64,000 bases of DNA from an uncultured Bifidobacteriaceae bacterium (GTDB lineage: Bacteria > Actinomycetota > Actinomycetes > S36-B12). The position numbers and the translations under genes are program-made. The notes under the pieces are model-generated. The model saw only the letters and a list, made by a program, of their open reading frames with translations. It had not been told where the DNA came from and ran no database searches. Shown in pieces: positions 51,239-62,149 of the stretch. Numbering within the stretch: the first letter of the stretch is position 1; each line of letters begins with the position of its first letter. The DNA lies in the NCBI GenBank assembly GCA_964495555.1, contig CAZBWA010000003.1, positions 475 to 64,474 of the forward strand, written 5' to 3'.

Positions 51239-52549
51239 TCAGGTGATCGCGCTGAACGTGTGCGACGTGTCGAAGGGACCGATCACCGCGAGGGTCAGAG
51301 GTTGGCCCAGGAGGTGGCGAGCCACGTCGGCAACCTCGCCCGGGGTGACCGCCTCGACCCGACGGACGATCTCCCCGATACTCAGAATCTCCTCACCGAC
51401 CAGCTCGGCTTTGCCGATGCGGTGCATCCGGGCGCCGGTGTCCTCCTGGCCAAGGACCGCCGAACCCCTGACCTGCCCCTGCGCCCGTCGGACTTCCTCG
51501 GCCGTCAGACCCGTTGCCGCGACGGACTCGAGCTCCGCGCGACACACGTCCAGAACGGTTTCGGCTTTGGCGGGAAGGCATCCCGCGTACACGCTGAACG
51601 TGCCCGCATCCGCGAACCCTTGTGCATACGAGTAGACCGAGTAGGCAAGTCCGCGCTTCTCGCGTACTTCCTGAAAGAGACGGCTGCTCATGCCGCCGCC
51701 GAGGGCGGTGGCGAGGATCGACGTCGCGTACCGACGTGGGTCCGATCGGGGGAAGCCGGGGACGCCGAGCACCAGGTGTGCCTGTTCCGTGGGTCGCGAC
51801 GCGATGCGCGTGCCTGCCGCGGCGGTGGCGTGTGGCTCGGTGATCTCCCTCTGATGCGGGCCACGATCCTCGGTGACAAGGTGATCGAGGCCCCGTCGCA
51901 CGGCTGCCACGACCGTCTCGTGATCGAGGTTTCCCGCCGCGGCGACCACCAGGCGCTCTGCCCGGTAGTGCTCCGAGTAGAAGTCCGTGATGGACTCTCG
52001 CGATAGGCCGGTGATCGAGTCAACGGATCCCAGGATGGGCCGTCCCAGGGGCTCGTCACCGAACATCGCCGAGGCGAATTCATCATGGACGATCTCTCCG
52101 GGATCATCGTCGTGCATCGCGATCTCTTCGAGGATCACCCCGCGCTCGGCCTCCACATCGTCGGAGGCAAGGAGCGCCGAAGACACCACATCGCAGACCA
52201 CGTCGATGGCGAGCGGGAGATCCTGGTCCAGCACTCGCGCGTGGTAGCAGGTGTACTCCTTCGTCGTGAACGCGTTGAGGTCTCCGCCCACCGCCTCGAT
52301 CTCGGCGGAGATCTCCATCGCGGTCCGACGTCGAGTCCCCTTGAAAAGGAGGTGCTCGAGAAAGTGCGCCGATCCCGTCGTCGCCTTGGACTCGTCACGT
52401 GACCCTGCACCGACCCAGATGCCGAAGGCAGCCGAGCGCACACCCGGGACCTTCTCGGTGATGACGCGCACGCCACCGGGCAGAAGCGTTCGACGCACCG
52501 TGCTGCCATCCGACTCTTCGAGCAGGGTGGCAGTCCGGGCGGGTGCCAT
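51239..52549 (-). CDS. M16-family (pitrilysin-like) zinc peptidase
   Basis: Inverted zinc motif HFLEHLLFKGT. It holds the position between pnp and dapB, as for mycobacterial PepR. Confidence 0.88.
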   Translation of the reverse strand: MAPARTATLLEESDGSTVRRTLLPGGVRVITEKVPGVRSAAFGIWVGAGSRDESKATTGSAHFLEHLLFKGTRRRTAMEISAEIEAVGGDLNAFTTKEYTCYHARVLDQDLPLAIDVVCDVVSSALLASDDVEAERGVILEEIAMHDDDPGEIVHDEFASAMFGDEPLGRPILGSVDSITGLSRESITDFYSEHYRAERLVVAAAGNLDHETVVAAVRRGLDHLVTEDRGPHQREITEPHATAAAGTRIASRPTEQAHLVLGVPGFPRSDPRRYATSILATALGGGMSSRLFQEVREKRGLAYSVYSYAQGFADAGTFSVYAGCLPAKAETVLDVCRAELESVAATGLTAEEVRRAQGQVRGSAVLGQEDTGARMHRIGKAELVGEEILSIGEIVRRVEAVTPGEVADVARHLLGQPLTLAVIGPFDTSHTFSAIT

Positions 52550-52554
52550 GCGGC

Positions 52555-54744
52555 TCAGCCCTCGGAGTCGGACGTGACGGGAACGAGCGATAGCTTCCCG
52601 CGCGAGTCGATCTCCTTGATCTCGACCTGGACCTTGTCACCGACCTTGAGCACCTCTTCGACGCTCTCGATGCGTGGCTTGCCAGCCATCTTCTTGACCT
52701 CGGAGATGTGGAGCAGACCGTCACGACCAGGAACCAGGGAGACGAATGCCCCGAAGGTCGTCGTCTTGACGACCGTGCCCAGGTAACGCTCCCCCACCTC
52801 CGGCATCGTCGGATTGGCGATCTGATTGATCGCCGTGCGAGCTGCCTCAGCGGAGGAGCCGTCTGTCGCGCCGATGTAGATCGTCCCGTCGTCCTCGATG
52901 GTGATGTCGGCGCCGGTGTCCTCTTGGATCTGGTTGATGATCTTGCCCTTCGGGCCGATGACCTCACCGATCTTGTCCACCGGGATCTTGATGCTGATGA
53001 CCCGCGGAGCGGTCTCCGCCATCTCGTCGGGAGCGTCGATGGCCTCGGCCATGACGTCCAGGATCGTCATGCGGGCGTCCCGAGCTTGGGTCAGGGCCCG
53101 AGCCAGGACGTCTGCGGGGATGCCGTCCAACTTGGTGTCGAGCTGGAGCGCCGTCACGAAGGACCGCGTACCGGCCACCTTGAAGTCCATATCCCCGTAT
53201 GCATCCTCGGCGCCGAGGATGTCGGTGAGGGCCACGTATTCCGTACGCCCATCGACCTCCCCGGAGATGAGGCCCATGGCGATACCCGCCACAGGTGCCC
53301 GCAACGGCACGCCGGCATTCAGCAGCGACATGGTGGATGCGCACACGGAGCCCATGGACGTCGAGCCGTTGGAGCCGAGCGCCTCCGAGACCTGTCGAAT
53401 CGCATAGGGGAACTCTTCACGTGAGGGAAGCACCGGGATGAGCGCGCGCTCGGCCAGTGCCCCATGTCCGATCTCGCGGCGCTTGGGCGATCCCACGCGG
53501 CCCGTCTCCCCGGTCGAGTACGGCGGGAAGTTGTAGTTATGCATGTAGCGCTTCCGGTTGTCCGGATTCAGCGTGTCCAGCATCTGCTCCATCTTGAGCA
53601 TGTTCAGCGTGGTCACACCCAGGATCTGGGTCTCTCCGCGCTCGAATAGCGCCGATCCGTGCACGCGCGGCAGGACGTCGACCTCCGCGGTCAGCGTCCG
53701 GATGTCCGTGAGTCCTCGACCGTCGATACGGACCTTGTCCCTCAGTACCCGCTCCCGCACGACCTTCTTCGTGACCGAGCGCAGTGCCGAGGACAACTCC
53801 TTCTCACGACCCTCGAAGCTCGGGGCCAGTTCGGCCACGACCACGGTCTTGATGTCGTCGAGGCGCGCCTCGCGCTCCGCCTTGCCGGGGATCTGCATCG
53901 CCTCACGCAGGTCGGCGATTGCGAGCCTTTCGACCGCGTCGTAGGCATCGGCCTCGTAGTCGAGGAAGACCGGGTAGTCCACGGGCGCCTTGGCAGCGGC
54001 CTTGGCCAACTCCTGCTGCGCGACGCACAGGGCGCGGATCGCAGGCTTAGCGGCCTCGAGACCCGCGGCGACGACCTCCTCCGTCGGTGCGGTGGCACCG
54101 CTGGCCACCAACTCCACGGTGCGATCGGTCGCCTCGGCCTCGACCATCATGATGGCGACGTCGTCACCCGCGATGCGGCCTGCGACGACCATGTCGAAGA
54201 CAGCGTCGTGCAACTGCTCATGGGTCGGGAACGACACCCACTGATCGTGGATCAGCGCGACGCGCACGGCGCCGACAGGACCGCTGTAGGGAAGGCCCGC
54301 CAGCTGGGTCGAAGCCGAGGCCGCGTTGATGGCCACGACGTCGTAGAGATCATTGGGATTGAGCGAGAGCACCGTCACCACGACCTGCACCTCGTTGCGC
54401 AGTCCGTTGACGAAACTCGGGCGCAGGGGCCGGTCGATCAGACGACAGGTGAGGATCGCGTCCTCCGTCGGCCGACCCTCACGACGGAAGAACGATCCGG
54501 GGATGCGTCCGATCGAGTACATGCGCTCCTCGACGTCCACCGTGAGCGGGAAGAAGTCGAAATGCTCCTTCGGCTGCTTCGATGCGGTGGTCGCACTCAG
54601 CAGCACGGTGTCGTCATCGAGATACGCGATCACGGAACCAGCGGCCTGGCGCGCGATGCGTCCCGTCTCGAAACGGATAGTGCGGATGCCGAATGCACCG
54701 TTGTCAATGACGGCCTCAGCCGTCGAAACATGGAAACCGTCCAT
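52555..54744 (-). CDS. pnp: polyribonucleotide nucleotidyltransferase (PNPase / GPSI)
   Basis: Two RNase PH domains plus KH ([13 protein letters not shown]) and S1 ([13 protein letters not shown]). GAAGGAG SD before ATG 54744. The ORF-track start at 54816 lies in the leader. Confidence 0.95.
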   Translation of the reverse strand: MDGFHVSTAEAVIDNGAFGIRTIRFETGRIARQAAGSVIAYLDDDTVLLSATTASKQPKEHFDFFPLTVDVEERMYSIGRIPGSFFRREGRPTEDAILTCRLIDRPLRPSFVNGLRNEVQVVVTVLSLNPNDLYDVVAINAASASTQLAGLPYSGPVGAVRVALIHDQWVSFPTHEQLHDAVFDMVVAGRIAGDDVAIMMVEAEATDRTVELVASGATAPTEEVVAAGLEAAKPAIRALCVAQQELAKAAAKAPVDYPVFLDYEADAYDAVERLAIADLREAMQIPGKAEREARLDDIKTVVVAELAPSFEGREKELSSALRSVTKKVVRERVLRDKVRIDGRGLTDIRTLTAEVDVLPRVHGSALFERGETQILGVTTLNMLKMEQMLDTLNPDNRKRYMHNYNFPPYSTGETGRVGSPKRREIGHGALAERALIPVLPSREEFPYAIRQVSEALGSNGSTSMGSVCASTMSLLNAGVPLRAPVAGIAMGLISGEVDGRTEYVALTDILGAEDAYGDMDFKVAGTRSFVTALQLDTKLDGIPADVLARALTQARDARMTILDVMAEAIDAPDEMAETAPRVISIKIPVDKIGEVIGPKGKIINQIQEDTGADITIEDDGTIYIGATDGSSAEAARTAINQIANPTMPEVGERYLGTVVKTTTFGAFVSLVPGRDGLLHISEVKKMAGKPRIESVEEVLKVGDKVQVEIKEIDSRGKLSLVPVTSDSEG

Positions 54745-54898
54745 GGTCTCTCCTTCTCTGTTGGGGGCACGTTGCCCTCGGCACAGAGGAGTCGGGCGGT
54801 CTTCGATCGAGACCAACGGGCACCGAGCCCGGCAGTCACTACCGAGGACCGACGTACTCCCGTACGTGCCTCGTTCGACTATGCAGTTGTGATGGGTG
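54745..54898 (-). promoter_or_regulatory. structured rpsO-pnp intergenic leader (candidate Actino-pnp-type element / rpsO terminator)
   Basis: The minus-strand hairpin at 54873-54843 is CGAGG-C-ACGUAC-GGGA-GUACGU-CGGU-CCUCG. Further stems follow (GGUCU-CGAUCGA-AGACC and others) before the SD. A conserved pnp leader motif is described for Actinobacteria, but I cannot align it by eye. Confidence 0.4.
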
Positions 54899-55168
54899 TC
54901 AGCGGCGGATGCCCAGGCGCTCGATCAGCGTTCGGTAGCGATCGATGTCGACGCTCGAGAGGTATCCGAGGAGCCGGCGGCGCTGACCCACGAGGATCAA
55001 AAGGCCACGCCGACTGTGGTGGTCGTGCTTGTGGGTCTTGAGGTGCTCGGTCAGGTCCTGGATGCGCCGCGTGAGCAGTGCGATCTGAACCTCCGGGGAT
55101 CCGGTGTCGCCTGGCTTGGTGCCGTACTCGGCGATGATGGCGGACTTCGTTGCAGTATCGAGTGACAT
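54899..55168 (-). CDS. rpsO: 30S ribosomal protein S15
   Basis: An 89-aa protein, [16 protein letters not shown]...[38 protein letters not shown]. The ORF-track start at 55246 lies in the leader. Confidence 0.97.
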   Translation of the reverse strand: MSLDTATKSAIIAEYGTKPGDTGSPEVQIALLTRRIQDLTEHLKTHKHDHHSRRGLLILVGQRRRLLGYLSSVDIDRYRTLIERLGIRR

Positions 55169-55180
55169 GTTCTTCCTCTC

Positions 55181-55239
55181 GGGCGCGTGCGGTGGGCACT
55201 GCGGAGTAGTCCGCGGATGACACGAGTCGCGAAGCGCCC
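55181..55239 (-). promoter_or_regulatory. three-way-junction-like fold in the rpsO 5' leader (candidate S15 autoregulatory site)
   Basis: A closing helix GGGCGC (55239-55234) / GCGCCC (55186-55181) encloses two hairpins, GCGGA-CUAC-UCCGC (55214-55201) and GUGC-CCACC-GCAC (55199-55187). It ends next to the SD. Confidence 0.3.
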
Positions 55240-55288
55240 GCCTCACGACCGTCGGCCCTGAGGCTACCAGGGGTGCGCGGACGCTCTC

Positions 55289-56191
55289 CTACCGGCCGCT
55301 CTGTAACGAAGCCCGGGCGTCGGCGACGTCGCGCCCCATCTGCGCCAGGTAGTCCTCCAACGACGGGAAGACAGCCTGATCGCGGAGTCGCCGGGTGAAG
55401 TCGAGCCGGACCCTCGATCCATACAGGTCCAGGTCATCGCGATCCAGGACGTACGCCTCGACGCGCATGTCCCCGCCGCCGAAATGCGGATTGTCGCCGA
55501 TCGAGATGGCAGCAGGGAGAGCTTCCGATCCGACGATGAGATGTCCGGCGTAGATGCCGGAACCGGGGATGGCCCGGCCCGCGTCGGGGCTCACGTTCGC
55601 CGTCGGATACCCCAATCCCCGCCCTCGTTGGTCCCCGTGGACCACAACACCCTCCATCTCGGGAGCGCGACCGAGGATCTCCCGTGCGGCGGATATGTCG
55701 CCGCTGAGCAGTGCCGCGCGGGCCCGTGTCGACGACCACGCGGATCCGTTGTGGGCCAAGGGGACGGCGATTCCGTCGAATCCCAGGTGCGCGCCGATAT
55801 CGGCGAGGAACGCAACATCCCCACGGGCGTCGTGACCAAAGCGGAAGTTCTCGCCTACGACGACTGCGCTGGCACGGTGACGCTGGGCGAAGTACTCCCG
55901 GGCGAAGCCCTCCGGGGACATGAGTGACGTCGGCTCGTCGAAGCAGATGACATCGACAACGTCAGCACCCTGATCATGCAGACACGCAGTCCGGCGCGCG
56001 ATCGACAAGAGCAAGGGCGGGACCGAATCGGGACGGAGGATGGTGGCCGGATGGGGATCGAAGGTCAGTGCGACGAGTGGTTCACTCCGTTCATTCGCAA
56101 CACTACGCGCTCTCGCGAGGAGGGCCTGATGGCCACGATGCACTCCGTCGAATACTCCGATCGTGACGACGCATCGGTCCGCCGTTGCCAT
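55289..56191 (-). CDS. ribF: bifunctional riboflavin kinase / FMN adenylyltransferase
   Basis: TIGVFDGVHRGHQ and a riboflavin kinase C-domain (GYPTANV, RLRDQAVF). Confidence 0.93.
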   Translation of the reverse strand: MATADRCVVTIGVFDGVHRGHQALLARARSVANERSEPLVALTFDPHPATILRPDSVPPLLLSIARRTACLHDQGADVVDVICFDEPTSLMSPEGFAREYFAQRHRASAVVVGENFRFGHDARGDVAFLADIGAHLGFDGIAVPLAHNGSAWSSTRARAALLSGDISAAREILGRAPEMEGVVVHGDQRGRGLGYPTANVSPDAGRAIPGSGIYAGHLIVGSEALPAAISIGDNPHFGGGDMRVEAYVLDRDDLDLYGSRVRLDFTRRLRDQAVFPSLEDYLAQMGRDVADARASLQSGR

Positions 56192-56200
56192 AGACGGAGC

Positions 56201-57079
56201 CTACGCAAGGACGCAGTCGTAGCGAACGTTCCCCGAGTCGGCGCTTCCGATCGCGACAACCTCGTCGTCACCGGACAGGAAGGCATGCGTGTCCTCGGAG
56301 TCACAGGGCCATGGCACCGGCTGTCCATGTCGCATCGCCTTCACCTGCGATGCATCGAGGCGGTGGACGGGAAGGATGCGCTCGACGGCAGCTGCCATCG
56401 GCGTCACGTCGTCGGGCGTCACGTCCTCGAGGGATCGCGCCTCATCCACCGTGAATCCCCGCACTGAGGTGCGGCGCAGCGAGAGCAGGTGCCCTCCAAC
56501 GCCGAGGCTCTCGCCGAGATCGCGTGCCAGCGCACGGACGTAGGTGCCCGAGGAACAGCAGACGTCGACGTCCAGGTCGATGGAGTGGGCATCCCGGCGC
56601 ACCAACTCCCACCGCAGATCGGCGATCGTCACCTCGCGTGGGGGCAACTCGAGGACTTCTCCGTCACGCACGCGCGCGTGCGCCCGTTTCCCGTCCACCT
56701 TGATCGCCGAGACGCTGCTCGGCCGCTGGGAGATGGTTCCACGGAACGTGTCGATCGCAGCCCCGAGCCGCGCGTCATCCACCCGCGCGACATCCTCGAC
56801 GGACGCTGTGGCCAGCACCTCGCCGTCGGCGTCGTCCGTGGTCGTGGTCGATCCGAGTCGGACGACCGCGCGGTAACACTTGTCGCCTGCCGAGACCCAC
56901 CGTAGGAGTCGCGTCGCCCGACCCACCGCCACGATGAGCACGCCCGTAGCTTGGGGGTCGAGGGTGCCTCCGTGGCCGACGCGGCGGGTTCCGAGGACAC
57001 GCCGCAGCCTGGCCACCACGTCGTGGGAGGTGATGCCCGGTGGCTTGTCGATCACGACGAAGCCGTCACGACCCACCAC
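56201..57079 (-). CDS. truB: tRNA pseudouridine(55) synthase
   Basis: DKPPGITSHDVV and the catalytic GHGGTLDP motif. GTG start. Confidence 0.93.
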   Translation of the reverse strand: MVGRDGFVVIDKPPGITSHDVVARLRRVLGTRRVGHGGTLDPQATGVLIVAVGRATRLLRWVSAGDKCYRAVVRLGSTTTTDDADGEVLATASVEDVARVDDARLGAAIDTFRGTISQRPSSVSAIKVDGKRAHARVRDGEVLELPPREVTIADLRWELVRRDAHSIDLDVDVCCSSGTYVRALARDLGESLGVGGHLLSLRRTSVRGFTVDEARSLEDVTPDDVTPMAAAVERILPVHRLDASQVKAMRHGQPVPWPCDSEDTHAFLSGDDEVVAIGSADSGNVRYDCVLA

Positions 57080-57081
57080 CG

Positions 57082-57507
57082 TTACTCAGCAGGGTGGCGA
57101 TAGGGATCGGCGTCCCCGGCATAACGGGCCTGGGCGGCTCGCTCGTGGACGGCAGCATCCGCCGCGGCCGCCTGCGCGAGAAGGTCCTCAACATGACGGG
57201 CGTTCTCCGGGACTGCATCCGGGATGAAGGCGAGGGTCGGCGTGAACTTGATGCCGGTCTGGCGACCCACCTCCGACCGAAGGAGCCCTGTCGCCGAGAG
57301 GAGCGCGGCATGGGTGTCCGCTTGCTCCTCGGGCGTACCGAGAACCGTGTAGAACACCGAGGCCTCGCGCAGATCCGGCGTCACACGGACATCCGTGATC
57401 GTGATGAAGCCCAGACGCGGATCCTTGACCCTCGTCTCGAGCATGCCGGCAACAATCTCCCGGATACGGTCGGCAAGCTTGCGCTGACGAGCTTCACTCG
57501 CGGTCAT
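57082..57507 (-). CDS. rbfA: ribosome-binding factor A
   Basis: [39 protein letters not shown] overlap with the infB stop. Confidence 0.92.
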   Translation of the reverse strand: MTASEARQRKLADRIREIVAGMLETRVKDPRLGFITITDVRVTPDLREASVFYTVLGTPEEQADTHAALLSATGLLRSEVGRQTGIKFTPTLAFIPDAVPENARHVEDLLAQAAAADAAVHERAAQARYAGDADPYRHPAE

Positions 57508-60173
57508 GGCTTACGCGGCTTCTCGCGCATCTCGAAGGTCTCGATCTGATCCTCGACCTTGAGATCCTGGTAGGAGCCGAGGTTGATACCGCACTCGAAC
57601 CCTTCCTTGACCTCGGTGACGTCGTCCTTGAATCGGCGTAGCGTCGCGATCGACACGTTGTCCGCCACAACGGCTCCGTCGCGGATGACTCGGGCCTTGG
57701 CGTTGCGCCGCACCTCACCGGACTGGACGACGCATCCTGCGATCGTGCCGAACTTGGAGGACTTGAATACTTCGCGGACCTCCGCGATGCCGAGTTGCAC
57801 TTCCTCGAACTCCGGCTTCAGCATGCCCTTGAGCGCCGCCTCGATCTCATCGATGGCCTGGTAGATGACGCTGTAGTAGCGGACGTCCACGCCTTCACGC
57901 GCCGCGAACTCAGCAACCTTGCCCTCGGGCCGCACGTTGAAGCCGATGATGACGGCCTTGGATGCGCTGGCGAGCGTGACGTCGTTCTTGGTGATGGCAC
58001 CGACTCCGCGATGGATGACGCGAAGGGACACCTCTGCACCGACATCGATCTTTGTGAGTGCATCCTCGAGAGCCTCGACGGATCCGGACACGTCACCCTT
58101 GAGGATCAGCGTCAACTCCGCCACTTCGCCCTTCTCCAGGGACTCGAGGAAGTCCTCCAGGGAACGCTTTACGCGATTCTTGGCCAGAAGCGCGTTGCGC
58201 TCCCGTGCCTGACGGGTCTGCGCAATGTGGCGCGCGGTTCGATCCTCGGGAACGACGAGGAAGGAGTCTCCGGCACCGGGAACCGACGTGAGACCGAGGA
58301 CCTGGACAGGTGTCGACGGACCGGCCTCATCGACCGGATTGCCTGCGTCATCCAGCATGGCGCGCACGCGTCCGAACGCATCGCCGGCCACGATCGAGTC
58401 GCCCGGGCGCAGGGTTCCGCGCTGGACCAGGACTGTCGCCACCGGACCGCGCCCGCGATCCAGGTGCGCCTCGATCGCAACACCCTGGGCGTCCTGGTGG
58501 GGATTCGCCCGGAGGTCGAGCGCAGCATCGGCGGTGAGCAGGACCGCCTCGAGAAGTTCTTCGATCCCGTTCCCGTTCAGTGCAGACACGTTGACGAACA
58601 TGGTGTCCCCGCCGAAGTCCTCGGCGACGAGCCCGTACTCGGTCAATTGGGAACGCACCTTGAGCGGGTCCGCACCCTCCTTGTCGACCTTGTTCACGGC
58701 GACGACGATCGGAACCTCCGCGGCCTGCGCGTGGTTTAGCGCCTCGATCGTCTGCGGCTTCACACCATCGTCTGCCGCGACGACCAGCACCGCGATGTCC
58801 GTGACCTGGGCACCTCGAGCGCGCATCGCGGTGAACGCCTCGTGGCCCGGCGTATCGATGAAGGTGAGGTAGCGCTCACCGTCGGCCGAATGCGCAACCG
58901 CCTGGTAGGCGCCGATGTGCTGGGTGATGCCTCCGGCCTCCCCGCTCGCCACGTTCGTCTTGCGGATGGCGTCCAACAGGCGCGTCTTGCCGTGGTCGAC
59001 GTGACCCATGACCGTGACGACTGGTGAGCGCGGCTCGAGATCCTCCGACTCACCCTCGTCCTCCCCGAACTCGAGATCGAAGGACTCCAGGAGCTCGCGG
59101 TCCTCGTCTTCGGGGGACACCACCTGGACGTCATAGTTCAACTCGGTTCCCAGGAGGACCAACGTCTCGTCGTCGATGGACTGGGTGGCGGTGACCATCT
59201 CGCCAAGCTGGATCAGGACCTTCACGAGATCCGCGGGCGAGACGTCGATCTTCTCGGCGAAGTCCGTCAAGGAAGCGCCGCGGGGCAGGCGAACGACGTC
59301 GCCGTTGCCCCGGGGGATGCGGACGCCGGCGAGGCTTGGCGCCTCCATGTTGTCGAACTCTTGGCGCTTGGCGCGCTTGGACTTGCGCCCCCGTGAGGGA
59401 CGCCCGCCGGGCTTGCCGAACGCCCCCGCAGTCGTACCGCGACCACCACCGCGCCCGAAGCCGCCACGACCGCCGGGGGCACCGGGACCTTGGGGAGCAC
59501 CGCCGACCGGCATGCCGGGTGCGCCGGAGCCGAAGCCACCGCGTTGTCCACCGGGACCGCGGGAGGGGAACCCAGGGCCCCGCCCGGCGGGTGCACCGCC
59601 GGGCCTGCCCGGGCCGCGCCCGGGTGCACCGGGCCGGGCCGGGCGGGTCGGCATCATCCCCGGATTCGGGCGGGGAGCCCCCGGGACGGGTGCGGGGCGC
59701 GGCATGGTGCCCCCGCCCGAGGAGAACGGATTGTTGCCCGGGCGCGGGCCGGGACGGCCCATACCTGCACCGCCGCCGGAGGAGAAGGGGTTGTTGCCTG
59801 GGCGCGGACCCGCGGGGCGGGGACCACCGGGAGCGGGTCGCGGGCCAGCCGCAGGTGCAGGTGCGGTCGGGGCACTAGGCGGCGGAGTAGATGCCGCGGG
59901 CGGGGCGGGCGCAGCCGCTGGCGGAGCGACCGGCTCGGATACCGAGGGCGCCTCCGGGGCCTTCGCAGCGGGGGCTTTCTTCGCGGGGGCCTTCTTCGCG
60001 GGGGCCTTGCCGGGCGCAGCCGGCATGGCCTCCTTCAGACGACGGGCAACAGGCGCCTCAATCGTGGAGGAGGCGGAGCGGACGAATTCGCCCAACTCCT
60101 GCAATTTGGCAAGGACATCCTTGCTCTCGACCCCGAGCTCCTTTGCGAGCTCGTAGACCCGAACCTTCGACAC
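57504..60173 (-). CDS. infB: translation initiation factor IF-2
   Basis: G-domain ([24 protein letters not shown]). GTG 60173 gives [14 protein letters not shown], the canonical IF-2 N-terminus, and has AGGAGA 3 nt upstream. The ORF-track GTG 60203 sits in a hairpin loop. Confidence 0.93.
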   Translation of the reverse strand: MSKVRVYELAKELGVESKDVLAKLQELGEFVRSASSTIEAPVARRLKEAMPAAPGKAPAKKAPAKKAPAAKAPEAPSVSEPVAPPAAAPAPPAASTPPPSAPTAPAPAAGPRPAPGGPRPAGPRPGNNPFSSGGGAGMGRPGPRPGNNPFSSGGGTMPRPAPVPGAPRPNPGMMPTRPARPGAPGRGPGRPGGAPAGRGPGFPSRGPGGQRGGFGSGAPGMPVGGAPQGPGAPGGRGGFGRGGGRGTTAGAFGKPGGRPSRGRKSKRAKRQEFDNMEAPSLAGVRIPRGNGDVVRLPRGASLTDFAEKIDVSPADLVKVLIQLGEMVTATQSIDDETLVLLGTELNYDVQVVSPEDEDRELLESFDLEFGEDEGESEDLEPRSPVVTVMGHVDHGKTRLLDAIRKTNVASGEAGGITQHIGAYQAVAHSADGERYLTFIDTPGHEAFTAMRARGAQVTDIAVLVVAADDGVKPQTIEALNHAQAAEVPIVVAVNKVDKEGADPLKVRSQLTEYGLVAEDFGGDTMFVNVSALNGNGIEELLEAVLLTADAALDLRANPHQDAQGVAIEAHLDRGRGPVATVLVQRGTLRPGDSIVAGDAFGRVRAMLDDAGNPVDEAGPSTPVQVLGLTSVPGAGDSFLVVPEDRTARHIAQTRQARERNALLAKNRVKRSLEDFLESLEKGEVAELTLILKGDVSGSVEALEDALTKIDVGAEVSLRVIHRGVGAITKNDVTLASASKAVIIGFNVRPEGKVAEFAAREGVDVRYYSVIYQAIDEIEAALKGMLKPEFEEVQLGIAEVREVFKSSKFGTIAGCVVQSGEVRRNAKARVIRDGAVVADNVSIATLRRFKDDVTEVKEGFECGINLGSYQDLKVEDQIETFEMREKPRKP
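59712..59812 (-). repeat. 60-nt coding direct duplication in the Pro/Gly-rich IF-2 N-terminal region
   Basis: The peptide [16 protein letters not shown] occurs twice, 20 aa apart. The DNA gaggagaaCggAttgttgccCgggcgcggG versus gaggagaaGggGttgttgccTgggcgcggA starts at 59719 and at 59779. Confidence 0.7.
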
Positions 60174-60187
60174 GACTCTCCTGTCTT

Positions 60188-60211
60188 GGTCCGGGTTAGG
60201 CACCCCGGACC
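60188..60211 (-). promoter_or_regulatory. perfect 8-bp GC hairpin just upstream of the infB SD
   Basis: GGUCCGGG-GUGCCUAA-CCCGGACC ends 5 nt before AGGAGA. It lies in the 117-nt ylxR-infB spacer. Confidence 0.4.
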
Positions 60212-60290
60212 GTCAGTGGATGCGCTGCACTTTCATGCTGGCGCACTCATGGGGTGTTCATCTCCTACGTCTCCCTGGTGGAAGCACTTG

Positions 60291-60584
60291 TCACGTCCGG
60301 CGGGCGCCGGGCGCGGGTGACACGTCGAGAATCTCGTTCCGAACAGCGTCGAAGGGGTACGTCCCCGGCACTCGAAGTGCCCGGGCCAGTGCCCTTCGCT
60401 GCTCCGCGCGGTCGAGACAGTCCGGCCGGGGGTGGATATGCGCCCCTCGCCCGGGAAGGCCCCGCCCCCGATCCACCACGTAGGAGTCCCCCTGCGTGAC
60501 GATCCGGACCAGATTCCCTGCGTCGTCCCGTGTTCGACACCCGATGCACGTTCGCACGGGTCCCACAACACGGTCAGTAGGCAA
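60291..60584 (-). CDS. ylxR: YlxR-family (DUF448) RNA-binding protein
   Basis: VRTCIGCRTRDDAGNLVRIV...GRGAHIHP motif. The position between nusA and infB is typical. The start is uncertain (TTG 60584, 2 nt after the nusA stop, or GTG 60566 or 60557). Confidence 0.85.
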   Translation of the reverse strand: MPTDRVVGPVRTCIGCRTRDDAGNLVRIVTQGDSYVVDRGRGLPGRGAHIHPRPDCLDRAEQRRALARALRVPGTYPFDAVRNEILDVSPAPGARRT

Positions 60585-60586
60585 GT

Positions 60587-61594
60587 CTAACTCCGAGGCT
60601 CCTGGTCACCCTCAGGGGCGGCTCCCCCGGGCGTGGAATCCGGGCGGATGTCGATTCGCCACCCGGTCAGCCGAGCCGCCAGACGGGCGTTCTGTCCCTC
60701 ACGTCCGATGGCCAGCGACAGCTGGTAGTCCGGGACCGAGACGCGGGCCGCCTTCGCCGCGCGATCCACGATCATCACCCCCGACACCCGGGCCGGGGAG
60801 AGGGCGTGGGCGATCATCTCGGCGGGGTCGTCACTGTGGTCGACGATGTCGATCTTCTCCCCTCCCAGCTCGGACATCACCTGTCGCACCCGCTGGCCCA
60901 TCGGGCCGATGCAGGAACCCTTCGCATTGACCCCCTCAGCGTTCGAGCGCACCGCGATCTTCGAGCGATGTCCCGCCTCGCGTGCGATGGCCGTGATCTC
61001 CACGGTCCCGTCGGCGATCTCAGGGACCTCGAGTGCGAAAAGACCCTTGACAAGGTTCGGATGCGTACGTGACACCGTCACCTGCGGACCCTTGAAGCCC
61101 TTGCGCACCGACGTCACTACGCACTTGATGCGATCCCCGTGCGGGTACCTCTCACCCGGTACCTGCTCCTCCGGTGGGAGGTTGGCCTCCACCTTGCCCA
61201 AGTCCACGCGCACCATGCGCGGATTGCTGGACTGCTGGATCACGCCCGACACCACGTCGCCTTCCCGTCCGGTGAATTCCGTCAGGGTGGCGTCCCCCTC
61301 GGCCTCCCGAAGCCGACTCAGCAAGACCTGACGGGCGGTGGTCGCTGCAACCCGCCCGAAGCCCTCGGGGGTGTCCTCGAATTCTCGGACGGCGGAACCG
61401 TCGTCCGCCGTCTCCGTCGCCCACACCGTGACATGACCTGTTTTGCGGTCGAGGACCACACGTGCCTGTTCCGCGTGACCCGGAGTGCGTTGGTACGCGA
61501 CCAGCAGCGCCGCCTCGATCGTCTCGACGACGAGGTCGAGAGACAGGTCCTTCTCGCGGACCAGGGCCTTCAGGGCTCCGACATCGATATCCAT
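60587..61594 (-). CDS. nusA: transcription termination/antitermination factor NusA
   Basis: N-terminal domain, S1 and two KH domains ([44 protein letters not shown]). The ATG overlaps the rimP stop (TGATG). Confidence 0.95.
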   Translation of the reverse strand: MDIDVGALKALVREKDLSLDLVVETIEAALLVAYQRTPGHAEQARVVLDRKTGHVTVWATETADDGSAVREFEDTPEGFGRVAATTARQVLLSRLREAEGDATLTEFTGREGDVVSGVIQQSSNPRMVRVDLGKVEANLPPEEQVPGERYPHGDRIKCVVTSVRKGFKGPQVTVSRTHPNLVKGLFALEVPEIADGTVEITAIAREAGHRSKIAVRSNAEGVNAKGSCIGPMGQRVRQVMSELGGEKIDIVDHSDDPAEMIAHALSPARVSGVMIVDRAAKAARVSVPDYQLSLAIGREGQNARLAARLTGWRIDIRPDSTPGGAAPEGDQEPRS

Positions 61595-62064
61595 CAGTCG
61601 TCCTCCTGGCCTCGTGAGAACTCGATCTCGATGGTGGCCGACTCGACATCCGCGAAGTCCACAGCCACGTCGTCGCCACCGTCGACGCGAAGAGTCGCAC
61701 GGGTGTCCTCGACGCCAACGACCCGGCCGTGCACGGTCTCTCCGGTCCGTAGTCGCACGGACACCAGACGTCCCTGCGCACGGCGCCAGTGGCGCGGGGC
61801 GGTCAGAGGCCGGTCGACACCCGGGGATGACACCTCGAGGACGTAGGCGTGGGGAAAAAGGGAAGCCGCCTCATCGAGGACCGTCGACATCGCATTGCTC
61901 ACCTCAGCGATCGAGTCGAGATCCACACCACCATCGCGATCCACGATGACGCGAACCACATCCCTGCGCCCCACGTGCGATACGGACAGATCTTCGAGAT
62001 CCAGGCCATGTGCGATCAGCACCGGTTCGATCCGCGACCGGATTTCCATCACCCGTGGGGACAT
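61594..62064 (-). CDS. rimP: ribosome maturation factor RimP
   Basis: [14 protein letters not shown] motif. GGGAGGG SD 3 nt before ATG 62064. The ORF-track start at 62316 runs through the divergent gene. Confidence 0.88.
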   Translation of the reverse strand: MSPRVMEIRSRIEPVLIAHGLDLEDLSVSHVGRRDVVRVIVDRDGGVDLDSIAEVSNAMSTVLDEAASLFPHAYVLEVSSPGVDRPLTAPRHWRRAQGRLVSVRLRTGETVHGRVVGVEDTRATLRVDGGDDVAVDFADVESATIEIEFSRGQEDD

Positions 62065-62137
62065 GAGCCCTCCCGCTGAGCGCATCCTGTTGTGAGTCCG
62101 ACTTGTAGCCGGGAGCATAACCGTTCTCTCGAAGTGG

Positions 62138-62143
62138 GATATT
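62138..62143 (+). promoter_or_regulatory. -10-like box 6 nt before the start of the Tat-lipoprotein gene (leaderless signature)
   Basis: The sequence reads GATATT-ggcgcc-GTG(62150). Confidence 0.35.
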
Positions 62144-62149
62144 GGCGCC

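Noticed and set aside
53659-55041. A 460-aa plus-strand ORF
   Set aside because: It is antisense to pnp and runs across the structured leader and rpsO. It has no motifs.
59400-59900. GC-rich periodic repeats that might suggest a CRISPR or tandem-repeat locus
   Set aside because: They lie inside infB, are in frame, and encode the Pro/Gly-rich IF-2 N-terminal linker. There is no repeat-spacer organisation.
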